The translations under genes and the position numbers were made by a program. From an uncultured Candidatus Saccharibacteria bacterium (lineage in GTDB: Bacteria; Patescibacteriota; Minisyncoccia; UBA6257; CAYRSR01): DNA of 64,000 bases. This document shows, piece by piece, positions 20,455-29,882 of this stretch; position 1 is the first letter of the stretch, and every line of letters starts with the position of its first letter. The DNA is taken from contig CAYRSR010000004.1 in the NCBI GenBank assembly GCA_964427275.1, positions 2,769 to 66,768 of the forward strand, in the 5' to 3' direction. Under the pieces are notes generated by a model. The model did not search any database. It was given only the letters and a program-made list of their open reading frames with translations, and was not told the DNA's origin.

Positions 20455-20865
20455 ATGAGAGAGATAAAATTAACTATCAGGATACCAGAATTACTCGAAA
20501 TAAAGAAGTTTATAAAACTTCAAGTTATCAAGATTTTTAAAAGAACCAAAGAAGACATAATTAACAAGAAGGTATATACAGTTTTATTGATAGTCATTTT
20601 TGGCTTATTGTTTTGGAAATTTGCTTTTAAAGTAGCTATTTTATGGACAATCTTTTGGCTTTTTTTGTTCTATAACTGGGAAGATAGGGTTTTAGCTGGA
20701 ATTGCTTTGGTTCTTTTAGTTGGTTGCCCGATATTTTTGATTACTGGAAGAAAAGTTATTGCTGAACAAATAGCAATTTATGCTTATTACTTTATAGTGA
20801 TGACTGTAGCTTTGCAGATTGCAAAATTATGTGGCTTAGACAGAAGAATAAGATTGCATATTTAG
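20455..20865 (+). CDS. Small membrane protein
   Basis: 3-4 hydrophobic segments, AEQIAIYAYYF; ATG at 20455. Confidence 0.7.
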   Translation: MREIKLTIRIPELLEIKKFIKLQVIKIFKRTKEDIINKKVYTVLLIVIFGLLFWKFAFKVAILWTIFWLFLFYNWEDRVLAGIALVLLVGCPIFLITGRKVIAEQIAIYAYYFIVMTVALQIAKLCGLDRRIRLHI

Positions 20866-22487
20866 TTTATACTTTTTTAGCAATTTCTATTTTATTACCC
20901 CTGTTGAAACCAGGATATATTTTCGCTATGGATATGGTTTTTACTCCTCGTTTAAGATGGCCATCAGAATTTAATTTTCCCGGTGCTGTTTTATATTTGT
21001 TAAACTTTATTTTACCCAGTCAGATTATTCAAAAAATTCTTTTGTTTTTAGTCTTGTTTTTGGGTGGTGTCGGGATGCACAAATTAGTTCCAGTAAGGAA
21101 TGAGTTTGCTAAATACTTTGCCGGCATTTTTTATATTTTTAATCCATGGATTTATTCCAGGTTTTTGTATGGGCATTTATACTTATTAATTGCTTATGCT
21201 CTGATGCCATTTGTAGTTAAAACAATTTTTAAATTTTTGGACCAGATAAATTTCAAAATTGCCCTGAAGTTAAGTTTATGGCTGATTTTAATTGGTTTTA
21301 TCAGTCATCATTTTATTTTTATGGCAGTTTTATTTTTTGTGATTTCTGTTCTGGTTTATATTTTAAAGAACTTAAAAGATTTGCCTAAAATTTTAGAAAT
21401 TTTAAAATTTACAACTTTAATTGGATTAATTTTTTTAATTTTATCAAGCTGGTGGATTGCTCCTTATTTCAATAAAAGTTCTCCTCAAGGGCAATTTATT
21501 CAGCGGTCCATTGGTTTAAGTGACCTAAAGGCTTTTCAAACTGAACCGGATGCAAAGTATGGGGTATTACTAAATGTTTTGGCAATGTATGGCTTTTGGG
21601 GGGATAGGACCGAACAATATGTGGTTCAGAAGGATGTAGTTCGAGGCTGGTTTTGGTTATTTTTGATTATCCTAGGGCTGGTAATATTTGGCGCAATAAG
21701 TAAGTTAAAGGAATATAAGGCAATTGTTTTAATTCTAATTGGAATTATTTCCTTTGTTTTATCAGTTGGATTTGCTTATCCACCATTTAGGTTATTGATA
21801 AATTTTTTAAATCAGAATCTTTTTATTTTTAAGGGTTTTAGGGAGTCCCAGAAGTTCAGTGCTTTGTTAGTTTTAGTTTATGCTTATTTTGGAGCTTTGG
21901 GAATTAACAGCATAGTTGAAGGTTTAAAAGTTAGAAAGTTAGAAGGTTTAAAAGTTAGAAAGTTAGAAAGTTTAAAAATGTTTTTGTTAGCTTTTTTGAT
22001 TATTTTGCCAATTCTTTATTCTCCAATGATGTTTTGGGGCTTTAGAGGACAGCTTTCTGTTTCTGATTATCCATCAGATTGGTTTAGGGCAAATGAAATT
22101 TTAAATCAAGACCAAGATAATTTTAAGGTTTTGTTTTTCCCCTGGCATCAATATATGTTATTTAGTTTCACTAATGGTAAAGTAATTGCCAATCCGGCAC
22201 CAAATTTTTTTGATAAACCGGTTATTGCTGGTGATAATATGGAATTAGCAGAAATTTACACTCAGAGTAGAAGACCTATATCTAAATTTATTGAAAATGA
22301 AATTCTGGCTAAAAGAGAAATCATTAATAATTTAGGTCAGATACTTAAACCTCTGAGTATCAAGTATGTTATATTAGTTAAACAAGAAGATTGGCAAACC
22401 TATGGTTTTTTGGATTGGCAAACTGATTTAAAACAAATTTATGATTCTAAGCATTTAAAAATTTATCAAAATCAAAGCTGGAGATAA
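20829..22487 (+). CDS. Polytopic membrane protein, putative GT-C (AftD-like) glycosyltransferase
   Basis: PGYIFAMDMVF, YIFNPWIYSRF, GH...AYAL, FRESQKF, YPSDW, IKYVIL. Confidence 0.65.
   Translation: MWLRQKNKIAYLVYTFLAISILLPLLKPGYIFAMDMVFTPRLRWPSEFNFPGAVLYLLNFILPSQIIQKILLFLVLFLGGVGMHKLVPVRNEFAKYFAGIFYIFNPWIYSRFLYGHLYLLIAYALMPFVVKTIFKFLDQINFKIALKLSLWLILIGFISHHFIFMAVLFFVISVLVYILKNLKDLPKILEILKFTTLIGLIFLILSSWWIAPYFNKSSPQGQFIQRSIGLSDLKAFQTEPDAKYGVLLNVLAMYGFWGDRTEQYVVQKDVVRGWFWLFLIILGLVIFGAISKLKEYKAIVLILIGIISFVLSVGFAYPPFRLLINFLNQNLFIFKGFRESQKFSALLVLVYAYFGALGINSIVEGLKVRKLEGLKVRKLESLKMFLLAFLIILPILYSPMMFWGFRGQLSVSDYPSDWFRANEILNQDQDNFKVLFFPWHQYMLFSFTNGKVIANPAPNFFDKPVIAGDNMELAEIYTQSRRPISKFIENEILAKREIINNLGQILKPLSIKYVILVKQEDWQTYGFLDWQTDLKQIYDSKHLKIYQNQSWR
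21914..21978 (+). repeat. In-frame tandem 8-mer array (24-bp unit) within CDS
   Basis: GGTTTAAA AGTTAGAA AGTTAGAA repeated twice plus partial; encodes EGLKVRKL x2. Confidence 0.9.
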
Positions 22488-22509
22488 AATAAATGTGGAA
22501 AACTTCCTC

Positions 22510-22538
22510 TTGACATTACTTGAAATTTCCCTTAATTT
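22510..22538 (+). promoter_or_regulatory. Putative sigma70 promoter
   Basis: TTGACA-17 nt-TAATTT. Confidence 0.5.
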
Positions 22539-22548
22539 AGGAGTAAAC

Positions 22549-22555
22549 AAGGTCG
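22549..22555 (+). promoter_or_regulatory. AAGGTCG leader motif
   Basis: 21 nt upstream of ATG 22577. Confidence 0.7.
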
Positions 22556-22576
22556 AATACATTGGCAAGCAAATTT

Positions 22577-23380
22577 ATGAAGCAATTACTAAAAATTAGT
22601 TGGTTGGTTGTAGTTTTACTGCTATCAAGCAATCTGGTTCTGGGCTATGGTTATGGCGGAGGACACCGGGTTGAAGATATTAGTGCTCCAGAAATTAGTC
22701 AAATAGAGGTAACTGTTTTTGCAAGTAGTGCCGAGATTAGCTGGCAAACTGATGAATCATCTATTACCTGGTTTAGTTATGGTTTAACTTCTGATTATAC
22801 CGAAGAAATAAAGACTACTGACTACAGTACATCTCATTCAGTAAGCTTAACTGGCCTTTCTCCAAATACTACTTATCATTATCGAATAAAGTCAAAAGAC
22901 CGACATGGAAATATGACCTCTACTTCGGATAGAACTTTTACTACCCTGGAAGAAGAAGAGGAAGTTGAAGAAGAAAAACCGCCAGTAGAAAAGCCAATCA
23001 CTGAAATGACTCTACCCGAGCTTAAAGCCAAGCTGGTTGAATTAACTGAATTAGTTAATAAACTAAGGGCAAAATTATTAGCTCTGGTAGCCAAGAGAGT
23101 TGAAGAAATTCCTTCCGATTATAAATTTGTTACCGATCTTTATTATGGTCAGAGAAGTATTGATGTTAGATATCTTCAGATATTCTTGAAAAGCCAGGGT
23201 CCAGATATTTACCCTGAAGGTTTAGTTACCGGTTATTTTGGTCCATTAACTCGAAGAGCAATAATTAGATTTCAGGAGAAGTATAGAGATGAAATTTTGG
23301 CACCCTGGGGCCTGACTTATGGAACCGGTTTTGTAGGCAGAACTACTAGAGCCAAAATTAATCAGATACTGGGAAGATAA
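22577..23380 (+). CDS. Secreted protein with fibronectin type III and peptidoglycan-binding domains
   Basis: Signal peptide; ISWQTDE...HSVSLTGLSPNTTYHYRIKS; VRYLQIFL, TGYFGPLTRRAIIRFQ, GFVGRTTRAKIN. Confidence 0.85.
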   Translation: MKQLLKISWLVVVLLLSSNLVLGYGYGGGHRVEDISAPEISQIEVTVFASSAEISWQTDESSITWFSYGLTSDYTEEIKTTDYSTSHSVSLTGLSPNTTYHYRIKSKDRHGNMTSTSDRTFTTLEEEEEVEEEKPPVEKPITEMTLPELKAKLVELTELVNKLRAKLLALVAKRVEEIPSDYKFVTDLYYGQRSIDVRYLQIFLKSQGPDIYPEGLVTGYFGPLTRRAIIRFQEKYRDEILAPWGLTYGTGFVGRTTRAKINQILGR

Positions 23381-23403
23381 GTGATAATAAGTAATCATTG
23401 AGC

Positions 23404-23444
23404 TTTAAAACGGCTAATTGTTATTAACAGTTAGCCGTTTTAAA
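23404..23444 (+). terminator. Intrinsic terminator, probably bidirectional
   Basis: TTTAAAACGGCTAATTG...CAGTTAGCCGTTTTAAA inverted repeat. Confidence 0.8.
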
Positions 23445-23475
23445 TTAAGCAAACTTATGGTAAAATAATATTGTA

Positions 23476-23482
23476 AAGGTCG
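23476..23482 (+). promoter_or_regulatory. AAGGTCG leader motif
   Basis: 16 nt upstream of ATG 23499. Confidence 0.7.
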
Positions 23483-23498
23483 AAAACATAAAAATTAT

Positions 23499-25853
23499 AT
23501 GCTTAGAAAATTATCAGTTTTACTGATTGGAATTTCGCTGATTTTTAGTTTAGTCCCGGAAATTAATGCTCAAACAGCCGGAGAAACAAATGATACAAAT
23601 TTAATGCTGGATGAGGAAGTTGGCGCTGAAGACCTGGAAATATCCGAGCCAAAGATTTTACCGGATAGCAGGTTATATTTGTTTAAAAATTTTACCAGAG
23701 CAATTAGGAGGTTTTTTACTTTCAGTTCGTTGGCTAAGGCTGAGCTGAATTTAAGATATGCTTCAGAAAAATTGATTGAAGCCGAGAAGCTAGCCCGAAA
23801 AGGAAAGAAGGATTTAGCCGAAAAAGTTTTGGAAAGATATAGCGCCAACTTTGATAAAGCAAAAGAATTACTGGAAAAACAGAAAGATAATCCCAGAGCC
23901 AGAAAGATTCTGGAAAAATTAATTGACCGGGGAATCAAGCACCAGAAAGTTTTAAGTTTAATTCAGAAAAATCTTCCCTTAAATAAATCGGGGAAAATAA
24001 TAGGACTTAAAGCAAAAATAGCTAAACGATTGGGAGAATTTGGAGAAAAAGATCCCGAGAAGCTTAAAGAAATTATTGAGAAACAGAAAGGTTCAAAATT
24101 TAGAAACATTAAAAACATTCAGGTTTTACTAAGAGTAAAAGAACAAGTTCCAGAAGAAGCAAAAGATAAAATAGAAAGTGTAATTGAAAATCAATTAGAA
24201 AAACTTAAGTCCGATTTAGAAGAATTAGCTCCAGAAGAAAGAGAAAAAGTTAAATCCTATCTTCAGAATCTTTCTGGAAATGAAACCAGGTTACTTGAGG
24301 TAATTTCAAGAATAGAGAATTTAGATTTACCCGAGAAAATTCAGGAAAAACTTGGTGAAGCTAAAGAGAAAGTAATTGAAAGATTTGAAAATAGATTGAA
24401 AAAACTTGACGAACAAAATTTAGAAGATTTAAAACAAGAGTTATTTAAACCTTTGGAAGAAGCAGAATTATCTAAGCTGAAAGTAACTAAAGAGCTGATT
24501 AAAAAATTACCGGTTCAAAGAATTGAAAGAATTTTACCTGTTGAACAAAAAATTAAGCAAAAGTTTGCTAAAAAAATTGAACAGCTTTCAGCAGAAAAAA
24601 GAGAAGAATTTGTTCAAAGACTTGGTAGATATCAGGACGTTCAAGGACTAGAAATTTTAAAAGAAATTGAAGAATTTGTTCCTGAAGAAGGAAAAGATGT
24701 TTTGAAAAAAGCTAGAGAAAGAATAAAAACAAGAATCAAAAATGAACTGGAAGAAACTTCAGAATCTGACTTAGGTAGAAAAGTGCAACGAATATTTAAG
24801 AATCGTTTAGAAGGACTGGAAATAGTTGAAGAATTACCAATTTCTTCTCCGGTTAAAGAAAAGACAAAAAAGTTGTTAATTAAAGGAATAGAAAGAAAGC
24901 TTCAGAATGTAGAAGACCCCGAAGAGCTAAACCAGATTAAACAGAGATTGAAAGCTCGAAGAGCAGAGATAAAAAGCATCTCTCCCCAGTTTATCGAGAA
25001 ATTGGAAAGAGCCGAGCGTACGGCTGAAGGAAGAATAACCAAAGAATTGGTTGAGAAAAAGATTGAACAGGCTAAAAAAATGTTTTCAGAATTAAAAGGG
25101 AAGGTTGAGAAATTAACTGATGAACAGAAACAACTACTTCCTAGATATCTTTTCTTAAGTTTAGAATTGATTAAAAAAGAAATAAATCAATCAGTTTCAG
25201 CTTTAGAACAAGGAAAGGTGAAGGTTGCCTTTACTACAATTCAGTCAGTTTTAGGTAGGATAAGAAGTTGTTTTGCTATGCTATTAAGGAGTTTAACAGA
25301 AGTACCACTAGTCCCCGAAAAACCACAACAGCCAGGTAAAAAAATAGTATGTCCAGCTTTATATGACCCAGTTTGTGGGATAGATGGAATAACCTATCCA
25401 AATCGATGTGTAGCAGAAAGAATTCATCGAGTGAAGGTAGCTTATCGAGGAAAATGTAGAGAACAAAAGCTAACCTGCGAGCAAAAGTGTAAGATTTTAG
25501 GTTATCTTAAAGGAACTTGTAGAAGTTATCCTATTTATCCAAGAGCAAGAAAATGTTTGGAAAATGAGATTTATGTTGGTTCTGCTGTTGATTGTCAAGC
25601 GGATACTTCTAAGTTGGGAATTGGTTATGGATGCTGTTGTTTAATTAGAAAGCCTCAAAAGAAGGTTATTGAAGTTCCTAAGCCTGGTTTTATTTCACCC
25701 GAACCAGTTCCAGTAAAGGAATTAATACCATTTTTTGAAAGACCAGTTTCTGAACCAGTTGAAGGGGAAGTAAAATCAATTAAAAAGCCAACAATAAAAG
25801 CTGAACCGATTGAAAAGAAATTGGAACTAGAACCTGAATCTTTATTAGAGTAA
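23499..25853 (+). CDS. Secreted coiled-coil protein with DUF5667-like N-domain, Kazal domain and a second Cys-rich module
   Basis: Signal peptide; ILPDSRLYLFK...EKLIEA; long E/K-rich helices; CPALYDPVCGIDGITYPNRC...YRGKC; CEQKC...CCC. Confidence 0.75.
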   Translation: MLRKLSVLLIGISLIFSLVPEINAQTAGETNDTNLMLDEEVGAEDLEISEPKILPDSRLYLFKNFTRAIRRFFTFSSLAKAELNLRYASEKLIEAEKLARKGKKDLAEKVLERYSANFDKAKELLEKQKDNPRARKILEKLIDRGIKHQKVLSLIQKNLPLNKSGKIIGLKAKIAKRLGEFGEKDPEKLKEIIEKQKGSKFRNIKNIQVLLRVKEQVPEEAKDKIESVIENQLEKLKSDLEELAPEEREKVKSYLQNLSGNETRLLEVISRIENLDLPEKIQEKLGEAKEKVIERFENRLKKLDEQNLEDLKQELFKPLEEAELSKLKVTKELIKKLPVQRIERILPVEQKIKQKFAKKIEQLSAEKREEFVQRLGRYQDVQGLEILKEIEEFVPEEGKDVLKKARERIKTRIKNELEETSESDLGRKVQRIFKNRLEGLEIVEELPISSPVKEKTKKLLIKGIERKLQNVEDPEELNQIKQRLKARRAEIKSISPQFIEKLERAERTAEGRITKELVEKKIEQAKKMFSELKGKVEKLTDEQKQLLPRYLFLSLELIKKEINQSVSALEQGKVKVAFTTIQSVLGRIRSCFAMLLRSLTEVPLVPEKPQQPGKKIVCPALYDPVCGIDGITYPNRCVAERIHRVKVAYRGKCREQKLTCEQKCKILGYLKGTCRSYPIYPRARKCLENEIYVGSAVDCQADTSKLGIGYGCCCLIRKPQKKVIEVPKPGFISPEPVPVKELIPFFERPVSEPVEGEVKSIKKPTIKAEPIEKKLELEPESLLE

Positions 25854-25946
25854 TTTTTAGTAATTGGAAGAATCTAGCAATATGTGGTTCACCTTGAGGT
25901 GAGTTTAAGTCTTGAATTGTATTTTTAGTAAAAATATTTTAGAATA

Positions 25947-26561
25947 ATGTCAATGATAAAATCGTTAATATTTGACTTTGGAAACGTAATTTATCCTGAA
26001 AGATGGGACTTAGTTCTGGAAAATTTTCGGGAAGAAATAGATAGAAAAATAACTTCTGAACAGTTTAAATCGGGCTTTAAAAAATTCTGGGACGAATACA
26101 AATGTGGAAGATTAAATACCCAAACTTTTTGGGCTCAGGTCTTAAGTTTTTTAAATTTAAATAATTCATTTCAGAATGTTTGCAAAGCAACTCTTTCATT
26201 TAAGCAAATTTGGAAAAGCCCAGATGAAAAAATAATTAGAATTCTTAGTAAACTAAACTGGGATCATCAGGTGTTTGGATTAACTAATTCATGCTTTGAG
26301 CTGGAAGAAAAGATAGAGCAGGTAAATAAATTATTTAAGAAGGTTTATATGTCTCACCGGGAAGGAATAGCTAAACCAAAGAAAGAATTTTACTTGAAGG
26401 TGATTGAGCAAAATCAATTAAAACCAGAGCAATGTATATTTATCGATGATAAAGAGGGAAATATTAAAGCTGCTAGGAATTTAGGAATAATTGGTATTAG
26501 GTATCAGAATCCGGAGCAACTGCAAACTGAACTTACCAGGTTTAAAATCAAAATAGTATGA
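25947..26561 (+). CDS. HAD-superfamily phosphatase (YihX-like)
   Basis: IFDFGNVI, LTN, KP, FIDDKEGN. Confidence 0.88.
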   Translation: MSMIKSLIFDFGNVIYPERWDLVLENFREEIDRKITSEQFKSGFKKFWDEYKCGRLNTQTFWAQVLSFLNLNNSFQNVCKATLSFKQIWKSPDEKIIRILSKLNWDHQVFGLTNSCFELEEKIEQVNKLFKKVYMSHREGIAKPKKEFYLKVIEQNQLKPEQCIFIDDKEGNIKAARNLGIIGIRYQNPEQLQTELTRFKIKIV

Positions 26562-27829
26562 ATAGATTTTTTCAAATTTTTAGAATAAAGGATTTGAGAA
26601 TAAAAGTTTTTAAAATTGCTTTTTTACTTTTAGTGTTTAGATTGATGGCTAATATTCCTATCCCTGGAGTTGACCCGGTTAAGCTTCAGGAATTTTTTTC
26701 AGCAAATCAATTGTTCGGGTTATTTAATGTCTTTGCTGGAGGAACTTTGAGTCAATTATCCATTATTATGCTTGGTTTGGCTCCTTATATTACTGCGGTA
26801 ATCATTTTACAACTACTGACCATAATTTTTCCCAAGTTAAAAGAGATTTATTATGAACAGGGGGCTCAAGGAAGAGCTAAATTTAACAGGTATTCCAGGT
26901 ATTTAACTGTTCCACTGGCTTTTATGCAAGCTTATGGTTTTTTGAACCTATTAGTAGCTCAGGGAGTGATTGATAAACCCAGCTTTCTTCCCTTAATAGT
27001 AAACATTTTAGTAATTACTGCTGGTAGCATGATACTGGTCTGGATTGGTGAGCTGATTACTGAATATAGATTGGGAAATGGAGTATCGTTACTGATTTGT
27101 GCTGGAATTGTAGCCAGGTTTCCGGCAGCAGTTAGGCAGAGCATCCTGAATTATGATCCTTCTATGATACCTACTTACTTTATATTTTTGTTAATGGCTT
27201 TAGTGGTAACTGCCGGTGTGGTTTTTGTTACTGAAGGAGAAAGAAGAATACCGGTATCTTTTGCAAAAAGAGTAAGGGGAACCAGGCTTTATGGAGGAGT
27301 TCAGACCTTTTTACCAATAAGAGTAAATCAAGCTGGAGTAATTCCAATAATTTTTGCTATTTCAGTTTTACTTTTTCCCCAGTTTATAGCTCAAGTTTCT
27401 GCTCTTTTCTCCAAAGATTTCTCAGTTAAATTAAATCAGCTGGTTAATAATTTTTATAGTAATTTATGGATTTACAGTCTAATTTATTTTGCACTGGTAG
27501 TAGTTTTTACTTACTTTTATACTGCAGTAACTTTCGATCCTGAAGAAGTTTCTAAAAATCTTCAGAAAAGTGGTGGATTTATTTTGGGGATTAGGCCAGG
27601 AGCAAGTACTACTGAATTCATTAAAAAAATTGTCAATAGAATCACTTTATTTGGGGCTATATTTTTAGGAATAGTTGCAATTCTTCCTCACTTAGTTAGA
27701 GTATTTACCGGAATAACTGGACTTACTATTGGAGGAACTGCTTTACTGATTGTAGTAGCGGTGAGTCTGGAAATTATGAAACAGGTTGACTCTCAGTTGA
27801 TGATCAGGGAATATGAAGGGATACTTTAA
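26558..27829 (+). CDS. secY: Preprotein translocase subunit SecY
   Basis: IPIPGVD, LGLAPYITA, GNGVSLLI, AGVIPIIFA, GIRPG, GGTALLIVV. Confidence 0.98.
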   Translation: MNRFFQIFRIKDLRIKVFKIAFLLLVFRLMANIPIPGVDPVKLQEFFSANQLFGLFNVFAGGTLSQLSIIMLGLAPYITAVIILQLLTIIFPKLKEIYYEQGAQGRAKFNRYSRYLTVPLAFMQAYGFLNLLVAQGVIDKPSFLPLIVNILVITAGSMILVWIGELITEYRLGNGVSLLICAGIVARFPAAVRQSILNYDPSMIPTYFIFLLMALVVTAGVVFVTEGERRIPVSFAKRVRGTRLYGGVQTFLPIRVNQAGVIPIIFAISVLLFPQFIAQVSALFSKDFSVKLNQLVNNFYSNLWIYSLIYFALVVVFTYFYTAVTFDPEEVSKNLQKSGGFILGIRPGASTTEFIKKIVNRITLFGAIFLGIVAILPHLVRVFTGITGLTIGGTALLIVVAVSLEIMKQVDSQLMIREYEGIL

Positions 27830-28517
27830 AGCAATAGTTTTATATGGTCCTCCTGGAGCCGGAAAGGGAACTCTGGCTAATCTGTTAGCTCAAAACTATG
27901 ATTTAATTCACTTTGATACTGGTAAATACCTGGAAAATTTATTGTTTTATACTGATTGGTCTAAGTTTTCAAAAAGAGAACAACTGGAGTTTAAAAAGGA
28001 AAAAGAATTATTTGAGAAAGGAATTTTATTAAGTCCGCCATTTGTGTTAAAGGTAGTTAAAAGAAGAGCCGAAAGAATTGCTAAAGCTGGATGGGGAGTT
28101 ATTTTTTCTGGCTCACCACGGACTTTATTTGAGGCATTTGGCGATAAAAGAACCCTGGGACTAATCCCGGTTTTAGAAAGATTATATCAAAAGAAAAATG
28201 TTCTTGTTTTTCAATTAAAAGTAAAGCCACAAACTTCTATAAACAGGAATTTAAATAGACTAATCTGTCCAGTTTGCGGGCAAGTTCCTTTGGGCTTTTA
28301 CAATAAGATTTTGGATAAATGTCCGATTTGTGGAAAGAAGATGGTAAAAAGAAGTGTAGATAGAAGCACTGAGGTAATAAAGGTGAGATTAAAAGAATAT
28401 CAAAATAGAACAAAACCAATTTTAAGAGAACTTAAAAAGAAAGGTTATTCAATTAATAAAATTAATGGTGAACCTTTACCTTATCTGGTTTATCAGCAGG
28501 TCTTGAAGTTTTTATGA
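27813..28517 (+). CDS. adk: Adenylate kinase (Zn-lid)
   Basis: GPPGAGKGT, GSPRT, CPVC...CPIC; between secY and map. Confidence 0.9.
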   Translation: MKGYFKAIVLYGPPGAGKGTLANLLAQNYDLIHFDTGKYLENLLFYTDWSKFSKREQLEFKKEKELFEKGILLSPPFVLKVVKRRAERIAKAGWGVIFSGSPRTLFEAFGDKRTLGLIPVLERLYQKKNVLVFQLKVKPQTSINRNLNRLICPVCGQVPLGFYNKILDKCPICGKKMVKRSVDRSTEVIKVRLKEYQNRTKPILRELKKKGYSINKINGEPLPYLVYQQVLKFL

Positions 28518-29281
28518 TTAGATTAAAAACTACGCAGGATATTAAAAGGATTGCTGAATCCGGAAGAATTTTATCTGAGATTTTGTTTGAACTTTTAAGG
28601 AATTCTAAACCAGGAGTTTCACTAATTTATTTGGAGAAACTAGCCAGAAAGTTATTTAAAAAATACAAAGCCAAACCAGCATTTTTAGGATTTAAACCAG
28701 ATGGGGGTCCAGCTTATCCAGCAACTATTTGTACTTCGGTAAATGAACAAGTAGTCCACGGAATACCTTCAAGATACGTCTTAAAATCTGGAGATATTTT
28801 AACCATTGATTCCGGCATAAATTATAAAAATTACTTTGCTGATGCTGCTTATACTATTGGAATTGGGAAGATATCTCCGATAGCTGAAAAATTGATAGCA
28901 GCTACTAGAAAATCTTTAGAAAATGCAATTAAACAAGCTAAACCATCTAATCGTCTTGGAGATATTGGTTTCACTATTCAGGAAACTATCGAAAATGAAG
29001 GATTTTCAGTAGTTAAAGAACTATGCGGACATGGAGTTGGGTATCAATTACATGAACAACCCCAGGTACTTAATTTTGGGCAGAAAAATAGCGGAGGGAA
29101 GCTTCTTTGTGGAATGGTTTTAGCCATTGAACCGATGGCTTGTACGGGGTGTGGTAGAGTTAAACAATTAAAAGATGGAACATTTGTAACTATCGATAAT
29201 AGCTTATCGGCTCATTTTGAACAAACCATTGCAGTTACAAGGGATGGACCTATAGTCTTAACTCCTTATTTAAAGCTTTAA
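28514..29281 (+). CDS. map: Methionine aminopeptidase type I
   Basis: CTSVNEQVVHGIP, GHGVG, HEQP, AIEPM, SAHFE. Confidence 0.96.
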   Translation: MIRLKTTQDIKRIAESGRILSEILFELLRNSKPGVSLIYLEKLARKLFKKYKAKPAFLGFKPDGGPAYPATICTSVNEQVVHGIPSRYVLKSGDILTIDSGINYKNYFADAAYTIGIGKISPIAEKLIAATRKSLENAIKQAKPSNRLGDIGFTIQETIENEGFSVVKELCGHGVGYQLHEQPQVLNFGQKNSGGKLLCGMVLAIEPMACTGCGRVKQLKDGTFVTIDNSLSAHFEQTIAVTRDGPIVLTPYLKL

Positions 29282-29321
29282 AATTGAACTTAGTTTTAAA
29301 AAGTTTTATAATAGTTAAAAA

Positions 29322-29645
29322 GTGATTAAACTTAAGGACTTTCAAAAAATAGAATTAAGAGTAGCCAGAGTTTTAGAAGCTCAAAATATTGAAAATACTC
29401 AGAAATTAATCAGATTGAAAGTTGACTTAGGAGATGAACAAAGGCAGTTGATAGCCGGATTAAGACCAGCTTATCAGGATAAAGATTTGATTGGGAAACA
29501 GGTTATAGTGTTAGTTAATTTAGAACCCAGGCCTATTTTAGGAAATTTAAGTCAGGGTATGCTTTTGGCTGCTATTGATAAAAATGGGAATCCAGTATTA
29601 ATTAGTCCGGAAAGGTCAGTGGATTCAGGTGCGCAGGTGAAATAG
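29322..29645 (+). CDS. Stand-alone tRNA-binding OB-fold protein (CsaA/Trbp111/MetG C-terminal-like)
   Basis: DFQKIELRV, VDLG, VNLEPR, SQGMLLAA. Confidence 0.9.
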   Translation: MIKLKDFQKIELRVARVLEAQNIENTQKLIRLKVDLGDEQRQLIAGLRPAYQDKDLIGKQVIVLVNLEPRPILGNLSQGMLLAAIDKNGNPVLISPERSVDSGAQVK

Positions 29646-29648
29646 ATT

Positions 29649-29879
29649 ATGGAGAAATTAAATAAAACTTTAGTTCATGGTTTTAAGACTTATTATTCTA
29701 GTGATGTTAAAACTGGAATAGATTATCTAAGATATGACCTGGACTATTCTGAAGCCAAGGTATTTTTTAACCAGGCTAGAATTTATGGAAGAGCAAATTT
29801 TGAAGATGATGATGATAGACAGTATGTTCTTATTCATAACTCGGATGGAAGTTACACTTTAAAGAAAAGAGGATATTAA
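29649..29879 (+). CDS. Hypothetical protein
   Basis: 76-aa ORF tightly packed in operon. Confidence 0.75.
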   Translation: MEKLNKTLVHGFKTYYSSDVKTGIDYLRYDLDYSEAKVFFNQARIYGRANFEDDDDRQYVLIHNSDGSYTLKKRGY

Positions 29880-29882
29880 ATT

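Noticed and set aside
22494-22502. DnaA-box-like TGTGGAAAA
   Set aside because: A single mismatched copy is expected by chance.
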